Shown in pieces: positions 8,983 through 19,417 of a stretch of DNA of 64,000 bases. The stretch is from Acidobacteriota bacterium (lineage in GTDB: Bacteria > Acidobacteriota > UBA890 > WLXD01), in NCBI GenBank assembly GCA_965248845.1, contig CBDFKO010000002.1, forward strand, positions 2,625,693 through 2,689,692. The letters are read 5' to 3'. The notes beneath the pieces are model-generated. The model saw nothing but the letters and a program-made list of their open reading frames with translations. It was not told the DNA's origin and did no database searches. Both the position numbers and the translations under genes were made by a program. The first letter of the stretch is position 1. Every line of letters starts with the position of its first letter.

Positions 8983-10782
8983 GTGAGTATGACGGCCGAG
9001 ATGGTAATCGTCCTGGGCGTGCTCGGCACTGCACTCGTGCTCTGGGTCACGGAGTGGCTGCCCCTCGATCTCGTGGCTCTCTGCATCCCCCTGATGCTGG
9101 TTTTCGCGGGCGTGCTGTCCCCGGCCGACGCCACGTCGGGGTTTGCCAGCACGGCACTGATCACCGTCGGGGCCATCCTCGTCGTGTCGGGCGGACTCAC
9201 CAAGACCGGCGTGATCACCTACGTCGGCAACAAGATCATCCAGTACTCGAGAGGTGACGAGCGCCGGTTGCTGCTGGTGGTCATGGTGACCATGGCCGTG
9301 TTCTCGGGCTTCATCAACAATACTGCCGTCGTGGCGATGTTCCTGCCCATCATGTTGGGGGTGGCGCAGAAGTTCCGCATCGCGCCGTCCAAGCTCCTCA
9401 TCCCCTTGTCGTACGCCTCCATCCTGGGCGGCACCACCAGCCTCATCGGCACATCCACGAACATCCTCGTCCACGGGTTGATGGAGGAGCGCGGCCTCGG
9501 CGGGCTCAGCATGTTCGAGCTCACGCCGGTCGGCATCGCGTACGCGGTGGTGGGGCTCAGCTATCTCTTCTTCATCGGCGCCAAGCTGCTCCCGGATCGC
9601 GGCACGGTGGCGTCGCACCTCCAGGGTCACCGGGGCTCCGGCGGCTACTTGACCGAGGTGCGGGTTCCTGAGGACTCGCACATGATCGGCATGCGAGCGG
9701 AAAAGGCGCTGCAGTCGGCGCATCCCAAAGTGCAGCTGCTCCAGATCCTGCGCGGCGACGTTGTGCTGTGGCCACCGCTGGATCAGGTGGTAATCGAGCC
9801 GGGCGACAGCTTCCTTCTCAAGGGCGACGTCAACGACGTGCTGGCGCTGTACCGCCAGCAGGGCCTGGAGCTGGTGCCGGACCTCAAGCCAGAGGCCATT
9901 CGCTATGGCGCCAAGGACATGACCCTCGCCGAGGTCGTCATCATGCCCAACTCGCGGCTGATCGGCAGGACCCTGCGCGACGTGCATTTCCGGGTGCACT
10001 ACGACGCCTCGGTCATGGCCCTGCAGCGTCATGGCGAGCACCTGCGCGACGAGCTCCCCGCAGTGCGGCTGCGGGTCGGCGACATGCTGCTGGTGATGGC
10101 CGACCGGCTGGACATCGAGCGCCTCGAGACCTACGAGGAGTTCCTGGTGCTCGAGGGAGTCCAAGAGGTCGTGGTCCGCGAGGACAAGGCGCCCATCGCG
10201 CTCGCTCTGGTCGTGGCGCTCGTGCTGCTGGCCAGCCTCGCCTCGCTGCCGGTGATGATGGTGGCCATGGGCGCCGCCGTGCTCATGGTGATCACACGCT
10301 GCCTGACGATGCGGCAGGCCTACGCCTCGCTCGACCTTTCGGTGCTGATGCTGATCGGCGGGGCGATGGCGCTCGGTCGGGCGATGGAGCAGACCGGCAC
10401 CGCCGCGTTCCTTGCCCATGGAGTCGTAGACCTGCTGGGGAGCATGGGCCCGAGGGCGGTGCTGTCCGCCGTGTACTTGATGACCGTGGTGTTCACGGAG
10501 CTCATGTCCAACAGCGCCGCGGCCGTTCTGATGGTACCGATCGGCATCAGCGTAGCAGTTGATCTCGGAGTCGACCCTCGGCCGTTCGCGATTGCCATTG
10601 CCTTCGCCGGATCGGCTGCCTTCTCCACACCGATCGGCTACCAAACGAATACTCTCGTGTACGGCCCCGGTGGCTATCGTTTCCTCGACTACACGCGCGT
10701 GGGGCTGCCTCTCAACCTGATCCTGTGGCTGTTGGCGACGATGCTGATTCCGTACTGGTGGCCGCTCACACCCACGGGATGA
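8983..10782 (+). CDS. SLC13/DASS-family permease with internal TrkA-C (RCK_C) domains
   Basis: 599-aa polytopic ORF containing ..FSGFINNTAVVAMFLPI..SYASILGGTTSLIGTSTN.. with central soluble repeats. An alternative ATG is at 8989. Confidence 0.85.
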   Translation: MSMTAEMVIVLGVLGTALVLWVTEWLPLDLVALCIPLMLVFAGVLSPADATSGFASTALITVGAILVVSGGLTKTGVITYVGNKIIQYSRGDERRLLLVVMVTMAVFSGFINNTAVVAMFLPIMLGVAQKFRIAPSKLLIPLSYASILGGTTSLIGTSTNILVHGLMEERGLGGLSMFELTPVGIAYAVVGLSYLFFIGAKLLPDRGTVASHLQGHRGSGGYLTEVRVPEDSHMIGMRAEKALQSAHPKVQLLQILRGDVVLWPPLDQVVIEPGDSFLLKGDVNDVLALYRQQGLELVPDLKPEAIRYGAKDMTLAEVVIMPNSRLIGRTLRDVHFRVHYDASVMALQRHGEHLRDELPAVRLRVGDMLLVMADRLDIERLETYEEFLVLEGVQEVVVREDKAPIALALVVALVLLASLASLPVMMVAMGAAVLMVITRCLTMRQAYASLDLSVLMLIGGAMALGRAMEQTGTAAFLAHGVVDLLGSMGPRAVLSAVYLMTVVFTELMSNSAAAVLMVPIGISVAVDLGVDPRPFAIAIAFAGSAAFSTPIGYQTNTLVYGPGGYRFLDYTRVGLPLNLILWLLATMLIPYWWPLTPTG

Positions 10783-10861
10783 CCGGGGTCGACAAGCATG
10801 GAGGCGCCCCGCGCGGCTGACGCTGCACCTGTTTGGTGTCGTCTTTGCTCATGGAGGCCTC

Positions 10862-12142
10862 ATGCTGGAACTAGCAGGCCCGATTGGCGCGTTGCTCGTG
10901 CTGCTGCTGCTCTCGGGTTTCTTCTCGTCGTCCGAGACCGCGTTCATGGCGGTCAGCCGCTATCGGCTCCACTATCTGGAGCGGCGGGGCAACCGGCAGG
11001 CCAGGATCGTCAGGGAGCTGAGCGATTCCCCGGATCGGCTGCTGGCGACGATCCTGCTGGGCAACAACTTCGCCAACACGGCGGCCACCGCGGTGGCCAC
11101 CACCATTGCCCTCCGGGCCGGCGGCAACAACGGCGTCATCCTGGCCACCCTCATCATGACCGCGGTGATCCTCGTATTCTCGGAGATCGCGCCCAAGACG
11201 TTCGCCGCGCGTTCGCCCGAACGCCTGGCGCTCGCCGTTGCTCGTCCGCTGCAGCTGATCGTGCCGCTCCTGTATCCGCTCGCGAGCGCAGCCGCCACCG
11301 TGGCCGACTGGGCGCTGCGCCCGTTCGGGGTCAGCGGCGGTGGGCGTCCGCGCGTGTCAATCGAGGAGATCAAGGGCATACTCGATCTGGGCGAGGAGGA
11401 GCGCGTGATCGCCCGCGAGAAACGCCGCATGCTGCACAGCATCTTGCGGCTCGGCGACATCAAGATCGCCGACATCATGATCCCGCGCACGCAGATCAAG
11501 GCGGTGGCCATCGACGGCCCACCGGAGCAGATCGTTCGCCAGATCCGTGATTCGGGCACCACGAGACTCCCCGTCTACCGCGACAACCTCGACGACATCG
11601 TCGGCATCCTCCATTCCAAGGACGTGATCCGTTACTGGGATCACGCGGAGGACATGTCGGTCGAAGCCATCATGCGCACGCCGTTCTACGTGCCCGAGAC
11701 AGCGAGTCTGGAAACCCTGCTGCGTCTCTTCCGCCATCACCGACAACACTTGGCAATGGTGATTGACGAGTTCGGTGGCGTCGAGGGCGTGGTGTCGCTC
11801 GAGGATCTTCTGGAGGAGATCGTGGGCGATATCGAGGATGAGCACGACGTGCCGGAGCGCCCCCCGTTGCTCGAGGTTATGCCGGGCGTCGTGCTCTGTA
11901 GGGGGACGTGTCCGCTGAGCCTCCTGAACCGCCGCTGCGCCCTCGACCTTCGCGCCCGCGACAGCAACACCCTGGCAGGATTCCTGATGGAGATCAGCGG
12001 CAGCGTGCCCCAGCCCGGGAAGCGGCTCACGCAGGGCGCGTTGACGTTCCACGTGCTGCGCGCCAGTCCCAACCGCGTTGATTTCGTGCGCATCGAGGGA
12101 GTGGCCACGCGAGGCGTAGAGGATGACGGGAGGCGCTCCTGA
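10862..12142 (+). CDS. CNNM/TlyC-family protein (DUF21 + CBS pair + CorC_HlyC)
   Basis: FFSSSETAF..LLATILLGNNFAN..FSEIAPKT, followed by CBS and a C-terminal transporter-associated domain. Confidence 0.9.
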   Translation: MLELAGPIGALLVLLLLSGFFSSSETAFMAVSRYRLHYLERRGNRQARIVRELSDSPDRLLATILLGNNFANTAATAVATTIALRAGGNNGVILATLIMTAVILVFSEIAPKTFAARSPERLALAVARPLQLIVPLLYPLASAAATVADWALRPFGVSGGGRPRVSIEEIKGILDLGEEERVIAREKRRMLHSILRLGDIKIADIMIPRTQIKAVAIDGPPEQIVRQIRDSGTTRLPVYRDNLDDIVGILHSKDVIRYWDHAEDMSVEAIMRTPFYVPETASLETLLRLFRHHRQHLAMVIDEFGGVEGVVSLEDLLEEIVGDIEDEHDVPERPPLLEVMPGVVLCRGTCPLSLLNRRCALDLRARDSNTLAGFLMEISGSVPQPGKRLTQGALTFHVLRASPNRVDFVRIEGVATRGVEDDGRRS

Positions 12143-12237
12143 GGACAGGCTTCGCCCCGGCCACCACGGCGCGTTGAAAGGCGCGCGACACGCGGGCCGC
12201 TAGCGTCGCCGGCCAGGAAAGCAGCTTTGCCGCCGTG

Positions 12238-13230
12238 TCATCGTCGCTCCTGCAAACCGAGCAGCCGCGCTGCGTTACCGCCGAGGATTGCCGCCTCGTC
12301 GTTGTCGTCCAGGCCGAGCCCCTTCAGGCTCGTCACCATCTTCTCGAGACTGCCGATCATATGCGGGTAGTCACTGCCGGCCAGGATCTGCGATGGCCCC
12401 GCGAACTCGATCGCCAGTCGCAGCGCCGCCGGATCGAAGTTGACGGTGTCGTAGAAGAACTCGCGCAGGGTGTCGCTGGGCGGACGGTCGATATGGTCCC
12501 GGCAGCGAGCGAAGGCCTCGTAGCCGCGGTCGAGCCGTTCGGCCAGGTAGGGAATCGCGCCGCCCAGATGGCCGAGTACCCAGCGGATGCGGGGAAACCG
12601 GGCCGGCACGCCGGCGTATACCAGGTGTGCCGCGGCCAGGGTCGTGTCCATGAGGAACCCGACCAGGGGCATGAGCATGTAGTCGTTCATCGCCTCGACG
12701 CCGAGCGGGAACGTCGGGTGGATGTAGAGCACGGCGCCGTGGGCGTCGGCGCGCTGGTACACGGGCGTGAAGCGTTCGTCGGCCAGGGGTACGCCGGCGG
12801 CGTTGGAGTAGAGCATGAAGCCCGGGAAGCCGTGCTCCTGGACGCAGCGATCGAGCTCGTCGGCCGCGGCTTCGGGCGAGGTCAGCGACAGGGGGCCGAG
12901 GGTCAGGAAGCGATCCGGGTGCTGGGCAACCGCCCCTGCCAGCCCGTCGTTGACCACGCGGGCCAGCTCGACGCCGCGCGCCGGCTCCTCGATGAAGGTG
13001 CCGGGTGCGGTGAAGGTGATTACCTGGCGCTCGACCCCGGCGGCGTCCAGCGCGGCGATGCGCGCGCCCAGGTCGCGGTGGCCGGGCACCAGCACGTTGT
13101 AGTCGCCGGGCGAGTGCAGCACCGGATTGCCCTGCTCGTCCTCGGTGACCTCGAAGGCGCTGGGACCCTGGCGAACCGCGGCGACATACTCCGGTGGGTA
13201 GTAGTGGTTGTGAAAATCGATGATGCTCAT
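12238..13230 (-). CDS. Amidohydrolase_2 (ACMSD-like) family metal-dependent hydrolase/decarboxylase
   Basis: MSIIDFHNHYYPP..GSDYPH. The ATG at 13230 overlaps the upstream stop (ATGA). Confidence 0.85.
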   Translation of the reverse strand: MSIIDFHNHYYPPEYVAAVRQGPSAFEVTEDEQGNPVLHSPGDYNVLVPGHRDLGARIAALDAAGVERQVITFTAPGTFIEEPARGVELARVVNDGLAGAVAQHPDRFLTLGPLSLTSPEAAADELDRCVQEHGFPGFMLYSNAAGVPLADERFTPVYQRADAHGAVLYIHPTFPLGVEAMNDYMLMPLVGFLMDTTLAAAHLVYAGVPARFPRIRWVLGHLGGAIPYLAERLDRGYEAFARCRDHIDRPPSDTLREFFYDTVNFDPAALRLAIEFAGPSQILAGSDYPHMIGSLEKMVTSLKGLGLDDNDEAAILGGNAARLLGLQERR

Positions 13231-14566
13231 GCGGTATCTCCCGTTCCGGGGTTCCGTTCGGTCCGAGCCCAGAGCCAGTAGACGGGCACTCCGAGCAGCA
13301 CGAACCCGAGGCCCAGCGCACTCTCGCCCGGCTGTGACCAGACCTGGTTGGCGACGATGCCAAACGAGGCAGCCACGAACAATAGCGCGGTGGCCGGGTA
13401 GCCCCACATCCGATACCCCCCCGGCATCGTCGCCGACCCCGCGCCGCCGCAGACGCAGCAGGCCCAGCACCATGAGGCCGAAGAAGATCCACTCGGTGTA
13501 GACCACCCGCGTGAACAGGGCGCGGTAGGACCCGGTGGCCACCAGCACCGAGGCCCACCAGCCCCTGCAGCAGGATGGCGCGGTGGGGCGTGCCGAAACG
13601 CCGGTGCACCTGAGCCAACCAGCCGAACGCCAGGCCGTCACGGGCCATGGCGTAATAGACACGCGGCCCGGCCAGCACGATGCCGATGAGCGCGCCGAAA
13701 GTGGAGAACCCGACCAGCAACGAGAGGATCGCCCCGCCGCCCCCGCCGAGCACCGCTTCGGCGGCGTCGGCCGCGACACGACTCGAGGAGATCACCGACT
13801 CCACGGGCAGCACGTAGAAGTAGACGGCGTTGAGCGCGATGTAGCAGACGGTCACGATCGGCACGCCGAGAAGCAGCGCGCGTGGGATCGTGCGACGGGG
13901 ATCGATGGTCTCCTCGGCGTTGTAGGTGACCATGTGCCAGCCACCGTAGGCAAACAGCGCCGCGGCAACGGCGAGCATGAAGCCGCCGAGCGATCCGGAG
14001 CCCGCCACCAGCACGTCGGCCGTCTCCGACGGCACCTCGTACCGGGGTCCGAGGGCAAAGCCCACGCCGATGATCAACAGGATGGCTCCGACCTTCGCGG
14101 CCGTGAAGATCGCCTGCAGGTCGCCGGCGCGGCGCACGCCGACGTAGTTCACCGCGGTGAGCAGCGCCACGACCGCCACACCCGTGGCTCGTGTGCCGAC
14201 GTCGCCGAGCGGCAGAAAGTAGCCCGCGTAGCGCGCCAACACGACGGCGATCGCGGCGATGATCCCCGTGTGCATCGTCCAGAACATGGCCCAGCCCCAG
14301 AGGAAGCCGAGCAGTGGCGAGAAGGCCTCGCGCAGGAAGGCGTAGACCCCGCCGCATTCCGGTATCCGGGCCGACAACTCGGCGGTTGCCAAGGCCCCGA
14401 GCAACGTGAGGAAGCCCGCCACGACCCACACCGCCGTCGCGCCACCGAGACTCGGAACGTGGCCGGTGACCTCCGAGGGCTGCACGAAGATCGAGGCCCC
14501 GATGATCGTCCCGACCACCATCGCGGTAGCGTGCCGGGGCCCGAGGACGCGCCGAAGGTCGCTCAC
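13227..14566 (-). pseudogene. APC-family amino acid permease with two frameshifts
   Basis: Family-like sequence runs through three frames. These are 14566 to about 13560 (..HRAILLQGL), about 13555..13430 (WASVLVATGSYRALFTRVVYTEWIFFG..) and 13427..13227 (YRMWGYPATALLF..). The second shift sits in a C7 run at 13416..13422. Confidence 0.8.
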
Positions 14567-14767
14567 GAGGCGGCTCCGGCGACACCGCCCAGCGCACGGT
14601 CGAGCGCCCCGAAACGCACCTCCCCCCGCACCTCGCGCCGTAGCCTTGCGGCGAGAGCCGTATCTCCGATGCGGGAGCTCGCGAGTCCAGTCGTCGTAGC
14701 CACCTCCTACCGCCGTGCCGTACCATTGTGCCGCTGTTTGGCAAGGAGTTCAGAAGCGACGCACGAG

Positions 14768-15957
14768 ATGCTGCCGATGCGATACCGGGCTGGACGACAT
14801 TTCTTGCAGGTGCCGGGGCCGACCAACGTCCCGGATCGAGTGCTGCGTGCCATCGCGCAACCGAGTATCGATCATCGGGGCCCCGAGTTCGCGCTCCTGA
14901 CGCGAGAGATCCTCGACGGGCTCGCCTCGATCCTCCACAACGACGACGGCGAGGTGTTCGTGTTTCCCTCCTCCGGCAACGGCGGCTGGGAGGCGGCGCT
15001 GGTCAACACGCTCTCGCCAGGGGATCGCGTTCTGGCCTTCGACAACGGCTTCTTCGCCAACGGCTGGAGCCACGTCGCGACGCGGTTGGGCCTCGAGCTC
15101 GAGAGCGTTCCGTGTGACTGGCGCCGGCCGGTCGACCCGGAGCTGGCGGCGGCGCGGCTGCAGGGTGATCGCGCCGCCACGCCCTACCGCGCGCTGCTCC
15201 TGGTCCACAACGAGACCACCACCGGTGTGCGCTCCGATATCGCGGCGATGCGAGCCGTGCTCGACGATACCGGTCACGAGGCGCTGCTCATGGTCGACGC
15301 CGTCTCCTCGCTCGCGTCGATGCCGCTGCCGCAGCAGGAGTGGGGCGTCGATGTCGTGGTTGCCGGGTCGCAGAAGGGGCTCATGCTGCCGCCGGGACTC
15401 GGGTTCAACTCGGCCGGCCCGCGGGCGCTGGAGGCTGCCGAGCACGCCAAGCCGCCGCGCGCCTACTGGGACTGGGAGGCGATGCGCGCCCACAACCCCG
15501 CCGGCTACTTCCCATTCACCCCGGCGACGAACCTGCTGTTCGGCCTGCGGGAGGCGCTGCGCATGCTGGAGCAGGAGGGCGAGGCGACGCGATTCGCGCG
15601 CCACGAGAAGCTGGCGGGCGCCACGCGCGCCGCCGTCGAAGCATGGGGCCTGAGCAACTACTGCACCGAGCCGGCCGCCGCCAGCCCGTCGCTCACCGCC
15701 GTCGAGCTACCCGAGGGAGTCGACGCCGACGAGGTGCGGCAGCTCATCCTCGAGCGCTTCGACGTCTCGCTGGAGCCGGGCTCGGCAGGCTCGAGGGCCG
15801 GGTCTTGCGCATCGGCCACCTGGGCGACATCAACGAGGTCATGCTGGCCGCGACCCTCGCCGGCGTTGAGATGCGCCTGCGGACCGCCGGAATCGGCGAC
15901 CCGGGCGGTGTGGAGGCAGCGCTCGAAGCGTTGCTGGCAGCCGAGGTCGCATCGTGA
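14768..15957 (+). pseudogene. Class V aminotransferase (serine-pyruvate/alanine-glyoxylate type) with one frameshift
   Basis: ..FLQVPGPTN..GSQKGLMLPPGLG.. runs in one frame up to DVSL. The text then continues as GAGLGRLEGRVLRIGHLGD.. in the -1 frame. CTGGAGCC at 15770..15777 is one G short of the expected CTGGGAGCC. Confidence 0.8.
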
Positions 15958-16967
15958 CCGGCTCGGCCGCGCCCCGGGCTCTGATCACCGCCCTGACCCT
16001 GACCCTCGGCTTGGCCCTCGCGTCAGCCGCGTGTACCGGCGAGGTCGGCAACGGGCGCCTGACTCTCAGCTTCGGTCACGTCGGGGCCCCGAGCTCGCTG
16101 TACGACGTCAGCGTCCTGGAGTTCGCCCGCCGCGTCGAGCGACAGCTCGGCGACCGCGTCAGCATCGAGCCGTTCGGCTCGAGCCAGCTCGGCGGCGACG
16201 ATGTGATGTTGCAGAAGCTCACGCTGGGCACGCTCGATATCTCGCTGCCTTCGACGGTCATGTCGTCGAACGTACCCGAGTTCGGCCTCTTCGAGCTCCC
16301 CTACCTGGTGCACGACCGGGAGCACATGCGCCAGATCGAGCGCGCCGTCTTCTGGGACCGGCTCGCACCGCGGGCCGAGGCCCACGGCTTCACGATCCTG
16401 GCGGTCTGGGAGAACGGCTTCCGCCACGTCACCAACAACGTACGCCCGGTGGTGCGACCCGAAGACCTGGCAGGGATCAAGCTGCGAACGCCACGCGGGT
16501 TGTGGCGCGTCAAGATGTTCCAGGCATATGGTGCCAACCCGACGCCGATGCCCATCGCCGAGGTCTTCGTGGCGCTACAGACCGGCGTAATGGACGGGCA
16601 GGAGAATCCGTTCACCCAGCTCCATAGCCAACTGTTCCATGAGGTGCAGACCTACCTGTCGCTCACCGGCCACGTCTACACGCCGGCGTATGTGACCGTG
16701 GCGACGAGCCACTGGGAGCGGCTGCCGCAGGATCTGCGCACCGAGCTGACCCGCATCGCCCGCGAGCTGCAGCCGTTCGTGCACGGGTCGGCGGCGCAGC
16801 TCGACGCCGATCTACTGGAGACGCTGCGCGGCTCGGGCATGCAGGTCAACGAGATCGACCGCGCCGCCTTCCAGGCGGCCAGCCAGACGATCTACGAGGA
16901 GTTCGGCCGCGAGCTCCCCGCCGGCCCCGCGCTCCTGGAGACGATTCAGGGGATCGGTGGGGCCTAG
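15954..16967 (+). CDS. TRAP transporter substrate-binding protein (DctP family)
   Basis: Signal/lipobox, then a family-typical ..DGQENP.. region. The GTG start overlaps the upstream TGA. The stop is TAG at 16965..16967. Confidence 0.9.
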   Translation: MTGSAAPRALITALTLTLGLALASAACTGEVGNGRLTLSFGHVGAPSSLYDVSVLEFARRVERQLGDRVSIEPFGSSQLGGDDVMLQKLTLGTLDISLPSTVMSSNVPEFGLFELPYLVHDREHMRQIERAVFWDRLAPRAEAHGFTILAVWENGFRHVTNNVRPVVRPEDLAGIKLRTPRGLWRVKMFQAYGANPTPMPIAEVFVALQTGVMDGQENPFTQLHSQLFHEVQTYLSLTGHVYTPAYVTVATSHWERLPQDLRTELTRIARELQPFVHGSAAQLDADLLETLRGSGMQVNEIDRAAFQAASQTIYEEFGRELPAGPALLETIQGIGGA

Positions 16968-17460
16968 TACTCCCATGGGCGGCGAACGGCGACGCTGGGC
17001 GCATCGCTTCGGTCAGATCCTGGAATGGATCGTCCTGGCGCTGATGCTGGCGCTGGCGCTGGTGGTGCTGGCAGGAGTGGGGTTCCGCAAGGTCGGCATG
17101 GCGCTGGCCTGGTACGACGAGATCGCCTCGATCCTCCTGGCATGGCTCACCTTCTACGGCGCGGCGCTGGCGGCCTTGCGCGGCCGGCACATCGGCTTCC
17201 CGAGGCTCGTAGCCGGGCTCGACCCGCCGGCTCGTCGGATCGCATGGTGGATACGGGAGCTGGCGGTAGTGGGGTTCTTCCTGATCGTGGCGATCGCGGG
17301 CTTCCGCGTTCTTGGAGCCCTGTCCGGCACCTACCTGGTCGGCCTGCCCTGGGTTCCTGTGCCGCTGGCACAATCGGTGATCCCGATCGGAGCGCTCCTG
17401 TTCATCGCCGCCGAGCTCCTCGTAGCCCTCGACGAAACACCGGTCGAGGTGGCCGAATGA
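16957..17460 (+). CDS. TRAP transporter small permease (DctQ family)
   Basis: Four-TM small protein between DctP and DctM. An alternative ATG is at 16975. The stop overlaps the DctM ATG (ATGA). Confidence 0.85.
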   Translation: MGPSTPMGGERRRWAHRFGQILEWIVLALMLALALVVLAGVGFRKVGMALAWYDEIASILLAWLTFYGAALAALRGRHIGFPRLVAGLDPPARRIAWWIRELAVVGFFLIVAIAGFRVLGALSGTYLVGLPWVPVPLAQSVIPIGALLFIAAELLVALDETPVEVAE

Positions 17461-19349
17461 CGCTCCTGATGCTGTTGTTCGGCATCATCGCGTTGATCCT
17501 GCTCGACGTGCCCATCGCCGTTGTCCTGGGCATCGTCGCCACCGCCGCGATCGTGGCGGCCGGCGGCATCGGCATGCTGCCCGACGTGGCCATCGTGCTG
17601 TTCGCCGGCGCCACCAAGTTCCCGCTGATCGCCATTCCGCTGTTCGTTCTGGCCGGCGCCATCATGAATGCCTCGGGAATCTCGCGCCGCCTGGTGGCAT
17701 TTGCCTCGGCGCTCCTCGGCTTCGTACGCGGCGGCCTGGCGATGATCACCATCGGCGCCTCGCTCTTCTTCGCCGAGATCTCGGGCTCGGCCGTTGCCGA
17801 CGTCGCCGCCCTGGGCTCGATCCTGATCCCCGCCATGCAGCGCAAGGGCTACTCCAAGGAGTTCGCAGCGGCGGTCACCTCCTCCTCGGCGACGCTCGCA
17901 GTGATCATCCCGCCCTCGATCCCGATGATCCTGTACGCGGTGATGTCGGGCAGCTCGGTGGTCGAGCTGTTCGTGGCCGGCATCGTTCCGGGGCTCATCG
18001 GAGGCGGGCTGATGATGGGCATCGCCTGGCTGATGGCGGTTCGCTACGACTTTCCCGTCGAGGAAGCGTTTCAGCTCCGCCGGGTCGGTCGTACCTTCCG
18101 CGAGGCGGCCTGGGCGTTGACACTGCCGCTGATCATCCTGGGCGGCATCTTCGGCGGCTTCGTCACCGCGACCGAGGGTGCTGGGCTCGCCGTGGTGGCA
18201 GCGACCGTGGTCGGCAGCCTGATCTACCGGGAGCTCGACCTGCCCCACCTGCGCAAGGCCGTGCTGGAAGGCGGTATGCAGACCGCCGTGGTGATGTTGC
18301 TGGTGGCCACCTCGGCGCTGTTAGGCACCTACCTGACTCAGGCTCGAGTACCTCAGCAGCTGGCTGCCGAGATCACCGAGCTGACCACCAACCCCCTGAT
18401 GATCCTGATGCTGCTGAACGTCCTGTTCCTGGCCATCGGGCTATTCCTGCATTCCGCGGCCGCCATCATCCTGGTGGTGCCGATCGTCATGCCCCTGGTG
18501 CGGGCGGTTGGCATCGACCCGGTGCACTTCGGCCTCGTCGTCACCCTCAATCTCGGCATCGGCCAGCAGACCCCGCCGGTCGCCTCGGTACTGGTGACCG
18601 CCTGCTCGGTGGCCAAGGCCGACATCTGGGACCACACGAACGGCTCCGGCTTCTACATCACGCGCGGCGATCGGTCCTATCTGGACGACAACTACAGCGT
18701 CTTCGGGAACGTGGTCGAAGGGCTCGACGTGGTCGTGAGTATCGAACAGGGCGACCGCGTCGAGCGGGTCAGCATCCTGCGCGTCGGCGCTGACGCCGAG
18801 AGCTACCGACCCGACACGCGCTCCTTCCGTCGTCTCACCGCAGCCGCCGGCCAGCGGGTACAGGCGAACGCCGCCGACAGGATCCTGGCGCAGGCCGACT
18901 GGTTGGCACGGCATTATTCCGGACTCACGGGCGACGCGACCGGTATACGCCAGGAGACGCTGGCACTCCCCGGCACGAGACTCCCGGGTGCGGCCGCGAC
19001 GCGTGTGCGTTATCGCGGGGTGGCGCTGCGCTACACGGGCCACATCGTCGAGGCCTCCGGAGCCAAGCTCCAGGAGATCCCGTTCGTCAGCCAGGCCGAC
19101 GGTCGGCCCGCGGCGCACGAGCGTGCCGCGTGGTTCGAGCCGGTCCCGGAGCTCGAGGGCATTCCGCAGGCACTGCTCGAGTCGCTGCGGGCGATCGAGC
19201 CCGGAGAGCGGCGGCAGCTGGTGCTGCCGTCGTGGCTTGCCTACGGCCGCACCGGGCTCTATGGACCCGACACCCCGGGGATGCCGCGCTTCGTCATCTC
19301 GCCCGACACCATGCTCGTCTTCGAGGTTGAGCGCGAGTCGGCCGCTTGA
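17457..19349 (+). pseudogene. Chimeric ORF: TRAP large permease (DctM) lacking its C-terminus, fused in frame to a 5'-truncated cyclophilin-FKBP PPIase
   Basis: DctM-like sequence runs to ..VLVTACSVAKADIWD (about 18636). It is followed directly by HTNGSGFYITRGD..YSVFGNVVEGLDVV (cyclophilin C-terminal half). An FKBP-like end (..LAYGRTG..PDTMLVFEVE) follows. Confidence 0.7.
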
Positions 19350-19417
19350 CAGCGTTCCGGGGAGGCTGATATCCACGCCAACATCGAACGACTCGACATC
19401 AACGCTGGAGGATCTCC

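Noticed and set aside
8719-10644. Very long ORFs antisense to recognised genes. Examples are 8719..10644(-), 28165..31161(+), 35820..37934(+), 38292..40040(+), 12235..13281(+) and 17331..18248(-).
   Set aside because: They mirror well-supported genes on the other strand. They are R/G/H/P-rich with no recognisable motifs. This is the usual stop-poor antisense artefact of high-GC DNA.
13535-16627. The 1030-aa ORF in the track.
   Set aside because: It is a composite. Its first third is antisense to the APC permease, its middle is the aminotransferase, and after the frameshift at about 15772 it reads out of frame across dctP.
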